DNA from: Syntrophobacterales bacterium
GTDB lineage: Bacteria; Desulfobacterota; Syntrophobacteria; BM002
Assembly: GCA_050124835.1 (NCBI GenBank)
Contig: JASFEM010000005.1
Coordinates: 2,264-66,263, forward strand
Length of the DNA stretch: 64,000 bases
Reading direction: 5' to 3'
A model generated the notes under the pieces. The model was not told where the DNA came from and ran no database searches. It saw only the letters and a program-made list of their open reading frames with translations. Position numbers and translations under genes: made by a program. Positions 1 to 10,189 of the stretch are shown piece by piece (positions within the stretch are counted from its first letter, which is position 1; each line of letters opens with the position of its first letter).

Positions 1-99
1 GCTCAACCGGCGATTGAGCGCTGGTAAGCCAAACAGTGCGGCGACCAGCCCGCCAGAGAAAATTATGATCAGCGGCAATGAGAGTGGTACTTCAGGCAT
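1..99 (-). CDS. 5' end of a membrane protein, truncated by the window edge
   Basis: Hand translation from ATG at 99 gives MPEVPLSLPLIIIFSGGLVAALFGLPALNRRLS, a hydrophobic segment open to the window edge. Confidence 0.5.
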   Translation of the reverse strand, partial: MPEVPLSLPLIIIFSGGLVAALFGLPALNRRLS

Positions 100-263
100 G
101 ACCCCTATCCGGAGCTAAAGACAGTTAGGAATATATCGGATTAGCAAGTTTATCCCCTGCTGGCGCGAATTTCAAAAAGAATCTGAAATTTGCAATCCTT
201 TGAACTTTGACTTGGCTCATCAAAGATCCCCCTATGCGGCGAAGGACCAGGTTTTCTTTTCCC

Positions 264-294
264 AAAAAAGCCACCCCGACATCGGGGTGGCTTT
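264..294 (-). terminator. Rho-independent terminator after the 358..1194 gene
   Basis: Stem AAAGCCACCCCGA / TCGGGGTGGCTTT with an A-run on the left, giving a U-tract on the minus strand. Confidence 0.8.
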
Positions 295-357
295 GATCTG
301 CCTGGCAATTGATGCGTTCCTCAGACTTGTTATAATCTGTTATAGATCCTCTACTTC

Positions 358-1194
358 TTACGGCAAATAAAACTTTGCGAACACAAGCGCTCCTGCAGAT
401 TCGAATTCCACCTCTCCATCGAGCTTAATTCCCAGAACTCTGTCTTCACCTCCTTCGAGGCTCGCATTCAAGTAATTAACTCCAGCTCCAATCCCCACGT
501 ACTTCCAGACGTTCCACTCAACTCCTGCATAATAGGAAAGAAGTACGCCTGTTAAGCTTTCTACTTCCAGGTAAAAGGCCCTGAAGTTTTGCGTGAAAAA
601 GAGCTCTGGCGTAATGGCAAATGACATGTGCAGCCCCAGCACGGGCAAGGGGAAAGTAAAATCCAAGTCCTCTTCTACGCCGATGAGTTCTTTTTCCCTC
701 ACTTTGATGTCAAAGTCCAAAAGAAACACCCCTACAGAGGCGCCGAAGTCGATACGGTCGTCCTGGAAAAAGGAATAGGTGTAGGACGCCTGAGCGATAA
801 GGAGATCGAAGTCGGTCTTGACTCTGGTACCTACATCGAACACCTCGTCACCGATCTCGATTGTTTCTTTGATAGTTTCTGTGTTATCGCGAGAAAGGTC
901 AACGAAAGCAACATCTATCTTGTGGCGCGGTGCGATCCGATAATACCCCCACGCATACCACTGAAACCTAGCTTCGTCTAGCCCCAGGGTATCCTCGAAG
1001 TCAACCGTGGTCCCAACGTTAAAAGGACCGTTGTCTAGCCAAGAGCTGTCGAAAAACTGGACACCCGCACCAATGTAAAGGGCAGCCCGGTTCCAGGGAA
1101 GCTCTTTAGCTTGCTCATCGGCCAGTGCAGGTCCACAGAACACGGCGAAGATGCATGCCGCCACCAGAAGGCAAGTCAACTTTTTCATGATCAT
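358..1194 (-). CDS. Outer-membrane beta-barrel protein
   Basis: Signal peptide ending ALA, amphipathic beta-strand pattern, aromatic C-terminal strand (FAKFYLP). Confidence 0.7.
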   Translation of the reverse strand: MIMKKLTCLLVAACIFAVFCGPALADEQAKELPWNRAALYIGAGVQFFDSSWLDNGPFNVGTTVDFEDTLGLDEARFQWYAWGYYRIAPRHKIDVAFVDLSRDNTETIKETIEIGDEVFDVGTRVKTDFDLLIAQASYTYSFFQDDRIDFGASVGVFLLDFDIKVREKELIGVEEDLDFTFPLPVLGLHMSFAITPELFFTQNFRAFYLEVESLTGVLLSYYAGVEWNVWKYVGIGAGVNYLNASLEGGEDRVLGIKLDGEVEFESAGALVFAKFYLP

Positions 1195-1294
1195 CCCTCT
1201 CTCGAGAGTTATGTTGAATGGATTCTAGAAAGATAGGACTGTGAATTTTGGCTTCCGTGAATATTTCAGAAAAAAGAGAGGATGTCAAACTGAA

Positions 1295-1454
1295 GTGGAG
1301 TAATGGAGTGTTGGAATAACGAAATCCGAAACTCCAAGCACCAAATTACAAACAAATCTCAAATTCCAATGTTAAATGACCAAAACAGATTTGGAGTTTT
1401 GAATTTTGGTCATTGTTATTTGTTTGATATTTGGGATTTGTGATTTGGAATTTC
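1295..1454. repeat. Heptamer-periodic intergenic inverted-repeat element (AAATYHC/GRRATTT type)
   Basis: Left arm aaatccgaaactccaagcaccaaattacaaacaaat mirrors right arm atttgtttgatatttgggatttgtgatttggaattt. Confidence 0.75.
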
Positions 1455-1523
1455 TTTTATATTGCTTGACTGGTTTATCTGTATGGTTAATAAATATTGG
1501 TCATCATTCTCTGGAGGTCGTTG

Positions 1524-2048
1524 GTGCTGAATAAAAAAAACCTGCTTGCCATTAGTCTCAGCCTTCTCCTTTGGGGCTGCGGCAATCTGAAAACGTACAA
1601 TGAAGTCTTTGAAGAAAGGGGGCATGTGCCGACAATACTCGACTCCTATGCGCCCGATGTCATTCGCCCGGGAGACACCTGGAGAATCTATCTGCATGCA
1701 AGAGACGTGGATGGAGACATGAAGCACTTCATCTCGGCTCTCTGGCAGTCGGGCTTTGGCTATTATGCCACCGATTTCACCGTAATCGATGGCAAGGACA
1801 GTAAAGAGGTTTCCGGGTATCTCTACCTGAAAACTCCTCGGGATGACTCTATCTTCGGGGATAACTTCAGTTTGAAAGTTATCGTCCGAGATCGCCGGGG
1901 AAACAAAAGCGAGCCGGTTGAATTTCTCTTGCGATTTGGAAATGTCCCGGCTCAGGAGATGCCGGCAAAATGGGAAAAGGTCGCCGACCGTGACCTAGGC
2001 CCCATAATGGTCAATATCCGGAGCCCGCAGGAACGAGATGGTGGGTGA
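1524..2048 (+). CDS. Hypothetical lipoprotein
   Basis: GGAGG upstream of GTG 1524; lipobox LWGC. Confidence 0.7.
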   Translation: MLNKKNLLAISLSLLLWGCGNLKTYNEVFEERGHVPTILDSYAPDVIRPGDTWRIYLHARDVDGDMKHFISALWQSGFGYYATDFTVIDGKDSKEVSGYLYLKTPRDDSIFGDNFSLKVIVRDRRGNKSEPVEFLLRFGNVPAQEMPAKWEKVADRDLGPIMVNIRSPQERDGG

Positions 2049-2207
2049 GGTTGATGGGGGCCTACCACAGAGCCGGTTTAAATCAGACGTGGAAATCTAA
2101 AGCAGCGGTGAACAGCGGATATGGGATGTGAGATGAAATGGCTCTGCTGGGGTAATTTACGCGATTATTAATCATACGTTTCAAGCCAGACTTAAGTAGT
2201 AAGGCAG

Positions 2208-2240
2208 AAAAAAGCCACGCCCAGAGGACGTGGCTTTTTT
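2208..2240. terminator. Bidirectional intrinsic terminator between convergent genes
   Basis: AAAAAAGCCACG...CGTGGCTTTTTT. Confidence 0.85.
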
Positions 2241-2277
2241 ATTGGGGACTATTTGTCACTGCATCTGGTTTCAAAAG

Positions 2278-3105
2278 CTACGGTAACTCGCTCATCCAGG
2301 AAGTATCTCCGAACCACTGATCTCTCAATGCTTCCAAGTTTCCACTACCCTCGAGATTGTTTAGAAAATTCTCCACCCAGTTGATCAGATGCGGGTCGTT
2401 GGCGGGCACTGCTATACCCAGGGGTTCATAGGTCAGGGGCGTGACCACAGAAAGCAGTCCTTTATTTGGGTAACGAAACACAGATACCAAACAGATGGGA
2501 TAGTCGGCGATCAAGGCGTGAGCCTTGCCTTTGATAACCATATTTACCGCCTCATCATAATTTTTGGCGGGTATATACTGGACCTTGGGCAGGACGGCTT
2601 CCACAAAAGCTTCGCTGGTGGAGCCCTTCAGTGCGGTCAATCTGGTGCCGGGGCTATTTACCTGGGTGGCCTCTGAGGCATTGGCTATGGTCTCAATTTT
2701 AGTAAGAAAAGCCTTGCCGGAGATGAAATAGGGCCCGACAAAAGCCACCTTCAAGTTCCGGTTGGAGGTGATGGTCATATAGGACAGGATCATGTCCACC
2801 TTGCCCTGCTCCAGTGCCGGGATCAGTTTTGAGAACTGCATGACCTCAAACTTCAGTTTAACCCCCATAATCGAAGCCATCTGTTCGGCAAGGTCGGCTT
2901 CCATGCCGATTATTTTTCCTTGTTTGTTTTTCATCATGAGGGGCGGCATCTCGGCGGCTGTACCCACCACCAGCTCCCCTTTTTGCAGGATGCGCTGAAG
3001 CGAGGGTCCGGCTGGGGTTGTGGCGCCCTTTTCTGTGCTGTGGGCGCACCCAACTAAAAGTGCCAGCGCCAAGATTATTACAGCGACTGCTCTCATTCTC
3101 TTCAT
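2278..3105 (-). CDS. Polar amino-acid ABC transporter substrate-binding lipoprotein (SBP family 3)
   Basis: Lipobox LVGC; motifs ILQKGELVVGT and LIPALEQGKVDMI; C-terminal LRDQWFG. Confidence 0.9.
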   Translation of the reverse strand: MKRMRAVAVIILALALLVGCAHSTEKGATTPAGPSLQRILQKGELVVGTAAEMPPLMMKNKQGKIIGMEADLAEQMASIMGVKLKFEVMQFSKLIPALEQGKVDMILSYMTITSNRNLKVAFVGPYFISGKAFLTKIETIANASEATQVNSPGTRLTALKGSTSEAFVEAVLPKVQYIPAKNYDEAVNMVIKGKAHALIADYPICLVSVFRYPNKGLLSVVTPLTYEPLGIAVPANDPHLINWVENFLNNLEGSGNLEALRDQWFGDTSWMSELP

Positions 3106-3164
3106 GTCACTTCTCCTCTGCTGTGAAAGTGGTCGATATGAACGAACGTGGATTATTACCTTAA

Positions 3165-4562
3165 TCAGGTCTCGCGCCCCTGCCCGGTGACGGCCGCCTG
3201 CTGCTCATCCTCCTTCTCAACCGGCGCTACCGGTGAGGGCTCAGACAGTGCCAGCTCTTTGAGGGTGCTCCCCCTGAGAGCCTCAGCCACGGACTGGTCG
3301 AGGTGCTCAATTAATTGGTCAACGGCAAGCACATCCGATTGGCCCCGCAACTCGAACTCAGGCATTTCATTGGCTCTGCGGACCGCATCCAGAACTTCTT
3401 TGAGCTCGGTAGTATCCAAGGGCCTGGCAGGCAGATATTCTGGCGGCTCGTGTCCGGTCCGGGTCAATAGGCCAAACTGCTCCAGGGCCTTCATAATGGG
3501 ATCCAGCGCTTCTATGGGTACCCTTAAGCGTTGTACGAGATCTTCCAGGGTCAATGCGGGCCGGTTGCGATAGTAGTTTTTTCCGATCAGGAACATGACC
3601 AATAGGGACAGCTTCTCTTGCATGCGGTTGCTGAGCCTCACCTTACGCCGGATGGTGGTCACCGACTCAGGGTGCTGGTGGTAATAGGCGACACTAGCGC
3701 CCACGAGAACAATCATCCAGCTCAAGTACAGCCAGATCATAAACATGATAAGAATGGCAAAGCTGGAGTAGATTGCGGTGTACCTGGCTGAAGTCACCAC
3801 AAAGGAAGCAAACCCCCAGCCGCTGGCTTCCCACAAGATGCCCGCCACCAAACCGCCAGCAAAGGCAGAGCGGAACCGCACCCTGGTATTGGGTACAAAG
3901 ATGTAGACGAAGGTGAATGCGGCGATGACCAAGAGAAAAGGAACCAGTTTTGTCCCTACTTCTAAAAGACTGCCAAACACTTTTATGGCCACCATTTTCT
4001 GAACCACTGTCGTGCTCATTAACGAAGCCGTAATGCCAAGGGCGGTGAATACCAGCACGGGTCCAATCAAGATCACACTAAGGTAGTCGCTGAATTTCTG
4101 TGCCAGGGGACGACTTCGACTGATATGCCAGGTGTCGTTACACGCTCGCTCGATCTTCTGGATCAATGAGATGACCGTGTAGATGAGAAGCGCAAGACCC
4201 AGAGAGCCAAGTACCCCTGCCTTGATGCTATCCACGAACCCGATGATGCGAGCAGTGACCTCGACGCCTCTCTCCCCCATTGGCTTTAGAAAGTTGAGAA
4301 GGAGCGGTTCTATCTGATTGTGGACCCCAAAGCCTTTCAACACAGAGAAACTAACGGCAAGCAATGGCACCAGAGCAAGCAGCGTTGTGTAGACCAGGCT
4401 CATGGCGCGGAGGGTGAGTTGTCCATCGGTGATATCACGTATGACCACGTAAACCACTCTGGCCATCCTGATCAGCAACGACTTCCACCACGGCAAACCG
4501 TCCAACTGGACGTTCCACAGTTTCCGAATGATAACTTTGTTAAGCTCTTTAAGATCAATCAT
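3165..4562 (-). CDS. YihY/BrkB-family inner-membrane protein with C-terminal winged-helix-like extension
   Basis: AMSLVYTTLLALVPLL and YTAIYSSFAILIMFMIWLYLSW motifs. Confidence 0.9.
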   Translation of the reverse strand: MIDLKELNKVIIRKLWNVQLDGLPWWKSLLIRMARVVYVVIRDITDGQLTLRAMSLVYTTLLALVPLLAVSFSVLKGFGVHNQIEPLLLNFLKPMGERGVEVTARIIGFVDSIKAGVLGSLGLALLIYTVISLIQKIERACNDTWHISRSRPLAQKFSDYLSVILIGPVLVFTALGITASLMSTTVVQKMVAIKVFGSLLEVGTKLVPFLLVIAAFTFVYIFVPNTRVRFRSAFAGGLVAGILWEASGWGFASFVVTSARYTAIYSSFAILIMFMIWLYLSWMIVLVGASVAYYHQHPESVTTIRRKVRLSNRMQEKLSLLVMFLIGKNYYRNRPALTLEDLVQRLRVPIEALDPIMKALEQFGLLTRTGHEPPEYLPARPLDTTELKEVLDAVRRANEMPEFELRGQSDVLAVDQLIEHLDQSVAEALRGSTLKELALSEPSPVAPVEKEDEQQAAVTGQGRET

Positions 4563-4586
4563 GGCAAGTAAAGGTATGAAGGAGAC

Positions 4587-4668
4587 AGTAGTCTGGAGCC
4601 AGGAGCCAGTAGGAAAAATGTTTCAGGCTTTTTATTCTGGATTCTGTCTCCTGGATTCTGACTTCTTG
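4587..4668. repeat. Heptamer inverted-repeat element (AGCCAGG/ATTCTGG type)
   Basis: gagccaggagccagtag ... ttctggattctgtctcctggattctgact. Confidence 0.7.
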
Positions 4669-4783
4669 GATCAGGGTTTATGTTTATTATAGTAACACTT
4701 AATCTCATCACCGCAATACCAATTGTCAATGGGCCTTGGCCTTAGTTTTTTTCTAAAATTGCCATACGTGTGATTCCTCGCGC

Positions 4784-6088
4784 CTATTTTGGCCCGTACA
4801 TTCTCTGGGCGGCGTAACGGTAAGCAAGCAATGTCAGAAAAAAGACCAGGATCAGCGCTGCGGCAAGAACAAAGGCGCGGGTGATCCAGCCCTCGACTTC
4901 TCCATCCACCCTATCGACCATTTTGATAATAAACGGTAACGGCTGCTGTCCCTCGGGAAGGTCTATCATCGTCTGGACGATCGAATTGAGCTGTCGCAAA
5001 GCTTCCGTGGCCTCCTCCGTGGTTGCCCGGTACTCTTTGATGTCAAATCCCTCCAAGACCGGTGCGAAGGGACCAGACTCTATCCGGCCAGCTAGGGAGT
5101 CCATCGAGTTCACCGTAGTATTGGCCAATGATATCAGCTCGCTCCCTTCTGACATAGTCTGCCGCACCTCCGTGATCAGACCGCGCAGCCGCTTTTCCTC
5201 GGAACCCAAATCCTGCAAAAGATTTTTTCCCTCTGCTGACAGTTCTTCCATCATCACGGCATAACGCTCCGCCGTCGCCGTTAACCTGTCAGTGTTGGCC
5301 AGCAGCTGCTCTACCTCGGGCATGTCAACTATCTGATAAGTCAGCAGCTCAGCTTGCATGCGCGTCAGCACGGGTAATACTTGGAGGTAGAACACTAGCT
5401 GCTGTGCCACCAGGGTGAACTCGTCGATGGCTCGAGAGGCCTCCTTCACCCCAAGTAGTCCCCCGCCTGTTGCGTATCTCCCGCGGGCACTGGCAACATC
5501 TGTGAGACGAATGTTCGAAGTGTAGTGCTGGTTCGGGTTTCTTTCGCGCCACTCTTGGATCAGGCCAAGCAATTGGTCCTGCTGCTCTTTTGAGAGCACC
5601 AAGGATGCGCTAACCCATATATCATTCTCGAGCTCGCGGACCGTCTTCAGCAGATCCTCACCCGCACTCCCGAATACCTGCGGCACGAAGTATTCCTCTA
5701 AAGCGATTCTACCAAGCGTCATAAATACAAGCATGTCCACCAGGTTGATTTCAGGCTCCGGCCCGATAGTAATGTTCACGACTGCCTGGAGGTAATCTAG
5801 CTGTAGTGCTACGAGTTCAGCACGTATTCTCGGCGAGGTAGTCTCTAGTTTGAGTTCATCCATGGCCTGTCCAACCCTGTCCAAGTACTCAGCCGCAAAT
5901 CTCGCTACAGCGGACTCGACTTCCTGCTCCGTTATAGGTTCTCCAGCCTCTTTCTCCTCCAAGCGAGTGAGGGTGATCTCTTTGGCAGGAGCATCCGAGC
6001 GGCTTGGTGCCGTTGCGCAACCACCATTAATTGCCATCAACGCAACCGTCAACAAAATGGAAATCAATCGGTAACCACGAGAATACAT
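4784..6088 (-). CDS. Hypothetical helical lipoprotein with C-terminal TM helix
   Basis: GAGG before ATG 6088; lipobox-like INGGC; coiled-coil-like middle; hydrophobic C-terminal helix. Confidence 0.75.
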   Translation of the reverse strand: MYSRGYRLISILLTVALMAINGGCATAPSRSDAPAKEITLTRLEEKEAGEPITEQEVESAVARFAAEYLDRVGQAMDELKLETTSPRIRAELVALQLDYLQAVVNITIGPEPEINLVDMLVFMTLGRIALEEYFVPQVFGSAGEDLLKTVRELENDIWVSASLVLSKEQQDQLLGLIQEWRERNPNQHYTSNIRLTDVASARGRYATGGGLLGVKEASRAIDEFTLVAQQLVFYLQVLPVLTRMQAELLTYQIVDMPEVEQLLANTDRLTATAERYAVMMEELSAEGKNLLQDLGSEEKRLRGLITEVRQTMSEGSELISLANTTVNSMDSLAGRIESGPFAPVLEGFDIKEYRATTEEATEALRQLNSIVQTMIDLPEGQQPLPFIIKMVDRVDGEVEGWITRAFVLAAALILVFFLTLLAYRYAAQRMYGPK

Positions 6089-6241
6089 CTTCTTGCACCT
6101 CAACATTTTTGCCAGTAGCACGATATATGATTTTTCGTAAGTCTAGCAGTTGACTATCTAATATTTCAAATCTTTTCTACAGGATTTGTTCTGGCAGGAT
6201 GTGGCAAGCGGAGTCAACTGCGAGGGTGACACGCGGGATAT

Positions 6242-7468
6242 TCAAACTGAGGCGAATTTAGCACTTTCTTGACTCTCGAGTATTTCGAGTGCTTTGGCCA
6301 ATACCTGCTCAGGGTGGATGAGTTTCAGACACAAATTGTCTCCGTCACAGGGAGAGGTCTGGTGGTTGTAGGCGGTGAGGCAGGGTGAACACGATATGGG
6401 GACATGAAAAGACACTGCAGCCTCATTCAATGGCCCATACAATTCTGGTGTCTCGGGCCCAAAGAGGATAATGGTTGGCAACGGTGTCATGGTGGCAAAA
6501 TGGGCTGGACCTCCGTCGTTTGCGACGAGAAGCGCGGCAAGATGATAGAGAATCATTAACTCTCGAATGGATCTGGTGTACCCGGTAAGGTCAACACAGC
6601 AGGGGTCCTGGCAATGGGACTGAATCGCCTCGGCGAGTTTCTTGTCTTCTTCCAAGCCAATCACACCCACTGCGTAACCTTTTTGAAGGAGATCAAGGGA
6701 GAGCTGACAGAAGTAATCAAGCGGCCAGGCCCTGATAGACAGTAAACCGCCGGTGGGGTAGACAAGAACCAGTTTCTTATCTTTAATTTCAGGAAAATCA
6801 TTATGAACTCTGGTTCTCATCCTGCTGATTTCTTCCTGGCCAACTTTTGCCAATGGTGCCTTCAAGTCGTTATCAGTCATCGCGTATTTTGATGTGGGCA
6901 CCGTAACCGAGTCGATGGCGTCTGCGAAACCGATGAACTGTTTCGAGATATGGTGATAGGGATTGTACATTACTGGTACATTGATGAAGTTGCCTCGGTA
7001 GAGTCCTTCCTGAGTGTAGGGATGAAATCCCACCCGAATTGGCGCACCGCTCAAAAGAGACAAAATACTGCTCACCCTGGCAAATAACTCGCAATCTATG
7101 ACGACATCGAATTTGATCTTACGCATCTTTGTAATGACCGCAACGCTGTCTTTGACGAACTTCAGCATCGAGTCATTACTGATGGTCAGGATATTATCTG
7201 TCTCGGTGACGTCAAGTATCTCGACAATCTCGCGGTTTTTTTCGAATACGAGAAAATACAACGATGTCTCAGGAAATTTATTCTTGATGCGTTGCAGCAT
7301 TGGGTGTGCCAGGACGAGGCTTCCCATTTCAGATAATAGAATAACTAATATTCTATCAGCCGTGACTGGAGTTTGAACCTCACTACGCTTTCGATAAAAA
7401 AGCGAGAGTATCCGGCAAATGAATGTTCCTACAATGCGGTCTATTTTTCGTTGAAAGGCTATATTCAT
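6242..7468 (-). CDS. Glycosyltransferase family 9 (LPS heptosyltransferase-like)
   Basis: ILVILLSEMGSLV, RAWPLDYF, DLTG, NDGGPAHFA and LFGP motifs. Confidence 0.9.
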   Translation of the reverse strand: MNIAFQRKIDRIVGTFICRILSLFYRKRSEVQTPVTADRILVILLSEMGSLVLAHPMLQRIKNKFPETSLYFLVFEKNREIVEILDVTETDNILTISNDSMLKFVKDSVAVITKMRKIKFDVVIDCELFARVSSILSLLSGAPIRVGFHPYTQEGLYRGNFINVPVMYNPYHHISKQFIGFADAIDSVTVPTSKYAMTDNDLKAPLAKVGQEEISRMRTRVHNDFPEIKDKKLVLVYPTGGLLSIRAWPLDYFCQLSLDLLQKGYAVGVIGLEEDKKLAEAIQSHCQDPCCVDLTGYTRSIRELMILYHLAALLVANDGGPAHFATMTPLPTIILFGPETPELYGPLNEAAVSFHVPISCSPCLTAYNHQTSPCDGDNLCLKLIHPEQVLAKALEILESQESAKFASV

Positions 7469-7624
7469 CTCAAGGTCACCCTAGGCTGCGGAGGGCTTAA
7501 TATAGAGAGAGAAAGACCTGAAGTCAAGAGAAATGGATGTGGTATTGGAGCCCCTTGCAGCAGTCCGGCCTGTGTGAAATACTGAAGCGAGACGGGAAAA
7601 TGCGGCTCTGACTAGAGGGACAAA

Positions 7625-9040
7625 CTACTCATTTACTTCATTAGGCTTTGGCGGCTTGGGTAACCTTCTGTACTTCCCGATAATCGTTTCGATCCTGAAT
7701 AAGAATCCAGGCGTGAATTCGTAGTTCCGGTCCTCTGGAAAGGAAGCGTCCGGCCCAATTTCAAAAAAAAGCCAGTCCCGCCAGATCCTCTGGCGATACC
7801 TGATTCTCAAAATGAGATCATCCAGCTCGAACTTGGGGTCGGTCACGAACTGGTTGATCCACTCGTATTTCAGGGCTCGCCGGGTATCGAGTGGATGAAA
7901 CAGGGAAAATCTCTGCTCCGGAAAAAATCCGTCTTCATCCTCGAACCATTCCACCTGTGACCGCGAGCGAAAGAGAAGCTTTTTCAGTACTCTCCGTTCA
8001 AAATCAAACCGTGAGAGCCATTCCCAGCCATCGTCCGTAAACCATCTCACTCTTTGAACGGAACGGAAATCCCATGAGTTCAGTGGAACGAGCACTCTCC
8101 AACGGGGGCCGATAAATCCGGCAACACTGGAACTGCGAATTCTTATACCCGGCGTCAGGCTAACGTTGTTCTTCTTCGTTTGTACGAAAAAGTATCTTAA
8201 ACCTATGGCAAAATCATCTTCATCTTCATCCCGGGCTTGCGCACTGCTGACGGTGTCCGAATCCACATCTTCCTCAACATCGCTCTCATTCCCAGCCGCT
8301 ATCAACTGCAATTTCTTATTGGTCCTGGGAAGGGTGAGCCTCAGGCTGACTCTTACTTTGTAACTGGGTTCCTCTCCTTCCTCCACAAAGGCGTCAAATC
8401 TAAGCCGCAAGCGTGATCTATTGTCCTCTGCGCGCGCGGTTTCGTCATCAAAAAATGAATCCAGCCAATTGGCAGATGCCAGAAAGGCCTTCGATATTCC
8501 CTCATGCGTCTCATCGACAATGGTATCCTCCTCTTCCGGAGGTTTCTCTGCTTGAGCTTTCTCCGGTGGTACTTCTTCCATCAGTGGCTCTTCCTCAGGC
8601 GGTCTGTCCTTTGAAGACTTTTTCGCTGGTTGCTTTGGGGTGGTGGCATCTTCTCTTGAAGGCTCCTGTGGGGGAGGCGTTTCTTCTGAAGAAGTCTCTG
8701 TGGTGGTCTCTGTTGTCGGAGGCTTTTCCGTTAAAACCTTCTCGGACGCATCTTCATCAGCGGGTGGTTCTTCCGTTGGAAACTTGTCCGTGGGAGGTTC
8801 TGCTTTGGGCGGGGGTTCCGTTGGAGATTCATCCGCCGGTGGCTCTTGCGCGGCAGACTCAGCCGAGTAGTCTGTAATTTCCGATTGCGCCCAGGCCGGT
8901 GAGACCAAGCCCGGCTTGGTAGGTAAAAAGACAGGAGAAATCAGAATAACAGAACAGAGCAATGCCAGGATAGCTAGTTTTCCTGCACACAAGCAGGGCA
9001 AACCTTCAAGTAGAAGTGCAGCTCTCGCAATCACTCTCAT
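7625..9040 (-). CDS. Exported protein with Pro/Glu/Thr-rich linker and probable C-terminal beta-barrel
   Basis: Hydrophobic N-terminus, about 120-aa low-complexity region, then WLDSFF and amphipathic strands. Confidence 0.7.
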   Translation of the reverse strand: MRVIARAALLLEGLPCLCAGKLAILALLCSVILISPVFLPTKPGLVSPAWAQSEITDYSAESAAQEPPADESPTEPPPKAEPPTDKFPTEEPPADEDASEKVLTEKPPTTETTTETSSEETPPPQEPSREDATTPKQPAKKSSKDRPPEEEPLMEEVPPEKAQAEKPPEEEDTIVDETHEGISKAFLASANWLDSFFDDETARAEDNRSRLRLRFDAFVEEGEEPSYKVRVSLRLTLPRTNKKLQLIAAGNESDVEEDVDSDTVSSAQARDEDEDDFAIGLRYFFVQTKKNNVSLTPGIRIRSSSVAGFIGPRWRVLVPLNSWDFRSVQRVRWFTDDGWEWLSRFDFERRVLKKLLFRSRSQVEWFEDEDGFFPEQRFSLFHPLDTRRALKYEWINQFVTDPKFELDDLILRIRYRQRIWRDWLFFEIGPDASFPEDRNYEFTPGFLFRIETIIGKYRRLPKPPKPNEVNE

Positions 9041-9472
9041 TAGATTGGTCTATATCGCGGCCAGAACCATACGAATGATGCTTAGCAAGGCCGAAAACAA
9101 TTGCGCCTCAGATTTAAGCTGTGCCAATTGAGTCTTTATTTGGTGGGTCGAGCGGGCTATAGATGTTCGTTTTCACCTACACGCTTATCCTTCCCCAGTC
9201 AAGCGGTAATTGGGGGACGTCGAACGGAACATTGCGGCAAAACCTGGGGTTTGTTGTCTGAAATTCGTAGGTCTACTCCGATTTCGGGGAGGGGACGCAT
9301 GCAGAGCTGATACTCACTGTAGAGTCCCATTTGTTGTTGAGACCAGGGTGCTCACAATTGGAATTTTTTTTCTTTTTCAGTGACTTTCGATAGCCTTATT
9401 TTCAGCTTGGCGTGTTTATCTTTTTTTTATAAATAGCTGTAATATATAGATAAGTTAACAAAATACTAAGCT

Positions 9473-9488
9473 TGGCATGATTGCTGCG
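9473..9488 (+). promoter_or_regulatory. Putative sigma54 -24/-12 promoter
   Basis: TGGCATGATTGCTGCG (GG-N10-GC) following an AT-rich tract. Confidence 0.6.
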
Positions 9489-9543
9489 TTAGCTAGAACA
9501 ATAAATGATTGCCCTGAACCCTTGCCCTCCACACCTGTCAATC

Positions 9544-9729
9544 ATGAAGAAAGGTTTGAAAAATAAATCTGGGATCCAGTTGCTGATACATAAATACAGG
9601 ACCATGTTTCGAATCCCAGAGAATCAGAACCATTATTCAGACAAAGATTACAGGAATGCTGAAAGGAAGTTCCTAAAATTCGTACTGGAGCAGCGCAGGA
9701 TTGAAATCCAGGATGAAATCTTTAAATGA
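9544..9729 (+). CDS. Small hypothetical protein (start 9505 or 9544)
   Basis: ORF containing KYRTMFRIPENQNHYS..YRNAERKFLK, located downstream of a sigma54-type motif. Confidence 0.65.
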   Translation: MKKGLKNKSGIQLLIHKYRTMFRIPENQNHYSDKDYRNAERKFLKFVLEQRRIEIQDEIFK

Positions 9730-9817
9730 GAGATTTTCGCCTGGTAGGTGGCAATAAACGCGTGCGCTAGGATGTAGCCGGGGCCAAACGTATTGGGTTT
9801 GAATTCTTACAGGAGGC

Positions 9818-10105
9818 CTATCCCTCCCCATTCATCCTTTCCCGCAGTTTTCCCGAGCATTTGAAGGTGACAACCTTCCTGGAGGGCAAAATTATCGGCT
9901 CTCCATTAAGGGGATTTCTCCCTCTTCTTTGCCTTTTCACCTTCACCGAGAATTTTCCGAAGCCGCTTATGAGGACATCCTCACCATTTTCTAGCGACTT
10001 TTTAATGAATTCGAAAAGGGCGTCAAGCATTACAGCGGATTGCTTCTTGGTGTAGCCTACCTGGTTACTCATAACGTCTGCGATGTCGGCTTTGGTTAGA
10101 GTCAT
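9818..10105 (-). CDS. ihfA: Integration host factor alpha subunit
   Basis: MTLTKADI, VLISGFGKF and RRGRNP..GE.I....RKVVTFKCS motifs. Confidence 0.9.
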   Translation of the reverse strand: MTLTKADIADVMSNQVGYTKKQSAVMLDALFEFIKKSLENGEDVLISGFGKFSVKVKRQRRGRNPLNGEPIILPSRKVVTFKCSGKLRERMNGEG

Positions 10106-10189
10106 AATTACAGTTGTCCTCCATTTAACTGTGGAAAATTTGAACCAACGCGATCAATCGCCGCATGTTCCAGGTGTTCTTGAAATACA

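Noticed and set aside
1416-1727. Minus-strand ORF ending IPNHKSQISNK
   Set aside because: It is antisense to the lipoprotein gene, and its tail is simply the translated heptamer repeat.
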